A stretch of DNA of 63,612 nucleotides, filler included, from Choristocarpus tenellus KU-1152 (Eukaryota; Protista; Phaeophyceae): NCBI GenBank assembly GCA_964200185.2. It is 9 parts of 9 records of this genome, joined end to end, with 100 filler letters (N's around TTAATTAATTAA, not from the genome) between each part and the next. Parts side by side here need not be neighbours in the genome. Positions count along the whole stretch, not along the records: positions 55,999 to 63,612 come from CAXNAD020005870.1; 8 more parts are not named here. One strand, written 5' to 3'. Made by a program: the position numbers and the translations under genes. Shown here piece by piece: positions 60,880-63,612 of the stretch; positions within the stretch are counted from its first letter, which is position 1; every line of letters begins with the position of its first letter. The notes beneath the pieces are model-generated. The model was not told the DNA's origin, ran no database searches, and was given only the letters and a program-made list of their open reading frames with translations.

Positions 60880-63534
60880 CTTCATTGATATTAATCGACA
60901 GGAATGAAGGAGGGAGGGGAGGAGGGAGAGGCCCTCGGAGTTGATGATCAGAAAATAAAACATCTTGAGTACAACACACACAAAAAGCAGATACATGCCT
61001 GTATGCCTGTATGCCTGTATGTATGTATGTATTATGTGGCGAGGTGAATGCAATATGAGGTGCATTTCGACCAAGGGACAATGTATCATGTTGAGGTCCT
61101 CTACATAAATCTCTGTGAACATCAAACCAGGGCCAATATACCCGGGGCATGTAAAACATGAACCAGGAAGAAAAGTCGAAACCAAAACAGATATTAGGAT
61201 TATTAGTACTTCTATGCTACATGTTAGAATAATATAAAAGCAAACACCAACACTGCATCGATATCGTACTCCATAACCATTAGAATCACTGTCATAAATT
61301 GATACCCCTGGGGAGGGGTCAAGATGACTTTCAGCATGAACTTGTATGGGGGAAGGGTGAGAAGTATGGGAATTGAGTGCAGGTGGTGATCAGTGTGGCC
61401 TTGGCACACTTGACAAAATAACAGAGTCAATGGAAATGGCGTCGGAGCGGATCAATCACCATGATGCCACCTGATACACATGTTTCTACCCTCTGCTCTC
61501 TACCAACTCTTAATGACTCCCTGCTTTTGCATGCGGGGGGCATCCTTCACGTGCAACAGCTGATAGATGGGAAAAAAAAGAATCACACTATTATCATTGA
61601 TTCGATACAAGAACAGCACACTCGCCACTTATTTATTTTTATTTTTTGTCAAGTTTTATTTATTTATTTATTTTTAGAACACACGAATATCCAAGAAAGC
61701 GAGCAGACGCACGAGAACAAAAACGGTGGCAGGGACGAGAGGTTTCCATTCGCAACAGGTTCCTAGAGCCGGCTCTGGCAAAGGAATGTAGTTAAGTGTT
61801 CGTGTGGGAGGGAGGTGCACGCAGACGATGCCACCACACCACACGCACGAGACCAAGAGTCCCTACACGCACGGAACTTCAACGCACGAGGGGCAACATG
61901 ACAACCAGACGCAAATCACAGAGGATAGATGATAACAGTGATCAGATAGAGTCGGCCAGGGCTGGTCCAACCCTTGGTTAGTCTGGTTCACAAAAAGGTT
62001 GAAAAAAAAAATTGTAGCCCCCCCCCCTCCCATACCCATATCACTAATCTTTTATTTTTTTATTTTGTCTTCAGCTTGGTCCAGGTTGGGACTATCGCGA
62101 CCTGTGGACTCATGCACTACACACACTTCACTGCTACTCCTTGTAATATGTATAATATATCCGACTTTTCCACTTTGACTACTTGTACTGCCTCTGTTTG
62201 GGACTTGCTTCTCAATCGCTGGGTTCAGCGCTCACGCCGCTTACCGCTCTGTCTCCTCCCCCAAATCTCCCATGGCAAGTGATGACAGACAGGTTAGCAT
62301 TATCTATTAGTGGGAAATCCACCGTGCTTGCCACGTGAAAACTCGTTACTCGATATTACATTTCCGTGAAAAACAGTATGACATTGATGGGGTTTGAAAC
62401 CAACAAACCTCACACACATGTCCTTGCTCTTCAACCACTTAACCACAAGGACACCAACCTACAAAACACTCCCTCTCTCGTTTTGGTTTGTCAGTCATTG
62501 AAACAGGTTCACGCATGAGCAAACGCACACGGATGAGAGCCAGTACCAGCATTTTCCCAACAGACAGACACATGGCCTTCCGGTAAATGTCACTCTTTAC
62601 ACTCAGAACAAACAAAATGATGCACGTGTGAGAGGGGTGTGTAGAACGCATGCAGTACCTTAACCCTAACCCTATCATGGTGGGTGATCAGCGTTTTAAA
62701 CAGGGTTAAACAACAGGCTTCGCCTTAGTTGGCGCTATGGCATGAGTACAAGAAAACTGTTTACGACATAGGTATAACAATTCCCTTGTATCTTTTTTGG
62801 GGGGGGTAAGAATACACAGCGTTGTACCACTCTGTTGGGTGCTGATTTCCAAAACGTCGGGCCATAAACAGGAATTTTTTGGACTAGTCGGGGCCCTGTT
62901 GAGGTATTTTATTTTATTTTTTGGCTTCTATTCAAAACGCTTGTGGGGGCCGTTTTGTGCCATGAGCAATGTCACAACAAGCAATAACAAATGTCATCTA
63001 CCAGAAAGAAAAGTAACGGGTGATTGCATACGGGGGGGGAAGGGGAGGTTATTGAATGAAGGAGAAAGCCATCCAATTGGTTGATTGTGATACATGGTAT
63101 ATATATATATTCCTACCAGACCAAACCCTTACAACAACAACAACAACAACAACAAAAGGCGTTAACAATATAGTCTGACAGCGCTCTACCCACCCAACGG
63201 TTTTTATTTTTAAATAGCCCGACTGCACCTTACTAAAGACTCTTTAGATCAGCATACGACCACATGAGGAGAGATCCAGGCCAGCGCACTAGTAGTGCCC
63301 GAACGATCCTACCCTGACTGAAAAAGGGCGCTGTAACCGACAAATGGCTGTACACTCTCCCCCGGTGGTCAGGGTAGCCAAAGGATACACGCCTTCGGGT
63401 GGGTTTCAAGGTGTTAATAAGCACTCGTTTGTTGCACGGGATACAATGCATGTCCTCCCCCACGCATTGATGAACAACTTACTTGTTTTTTCAAACCAAA
63501 ACAATTTCAAATTTTCGATCTACCCACCGGAAAA

Positions 63535-63612
<78 letters not shown>

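Noticed and set aside
63538-63612. Long poly-C run
   Set aside because: Probably a sequencing/assembly artefact or an expanded MITE C-tract at a contig end.

Overview
Eukaryotic, intron-rich, transposon-rich DNA, most likely from a brown alga or close ochrophyte relative. This is inferred from a brown-algal-type galactose-binding-like repeat protein, TTAGGG motifs and the intron structure. The window is a pseudo-scaffold of nine contigs joined by artificial N44-TTAATTAATTAA-N44 linkers, so adjacency across linkers is not biological. Most entries in the ORF track are spurious; the real genes only appear when exons are spliced by hand. Genes recovered: (1) a complete 7-exon secreted protein with two F5/8C/CBM32-like repeats; (2) a large low-complexity/coiled-coil gene on the minus strand; (3) head-to-head with it, a J-domain protein that continues through a GC-AG intron into tandem Cys zinc-ribbon repeats; (4) the last CH domain of a fimbrin/plastin; (5) a complete PhyH-family Fe/2OG dioxygenase; (6) the 3' ends of a WBP4/FBP21-like gene and of MAEA/Gid9. 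Mobile DNA: a clan of MITEs sharing GRSYCAAAGTATCT-type TIRs and 3-bp TSDs, elements with AACAG...CTGTT ends and apparent 4-bp TSDs, CRE-like non-LTR retrotransposon 3' ends, and decayed mariner, hAT and copia sequence. The most notable observation is a candidate 4.76-kb gene-carrying DNA element (381-5136). It has AACAG/CTGTT ends and a GTAT duplication, appears to split a decayed copia RT motif, and encloses the entire intact carbohydrate-binding gene.
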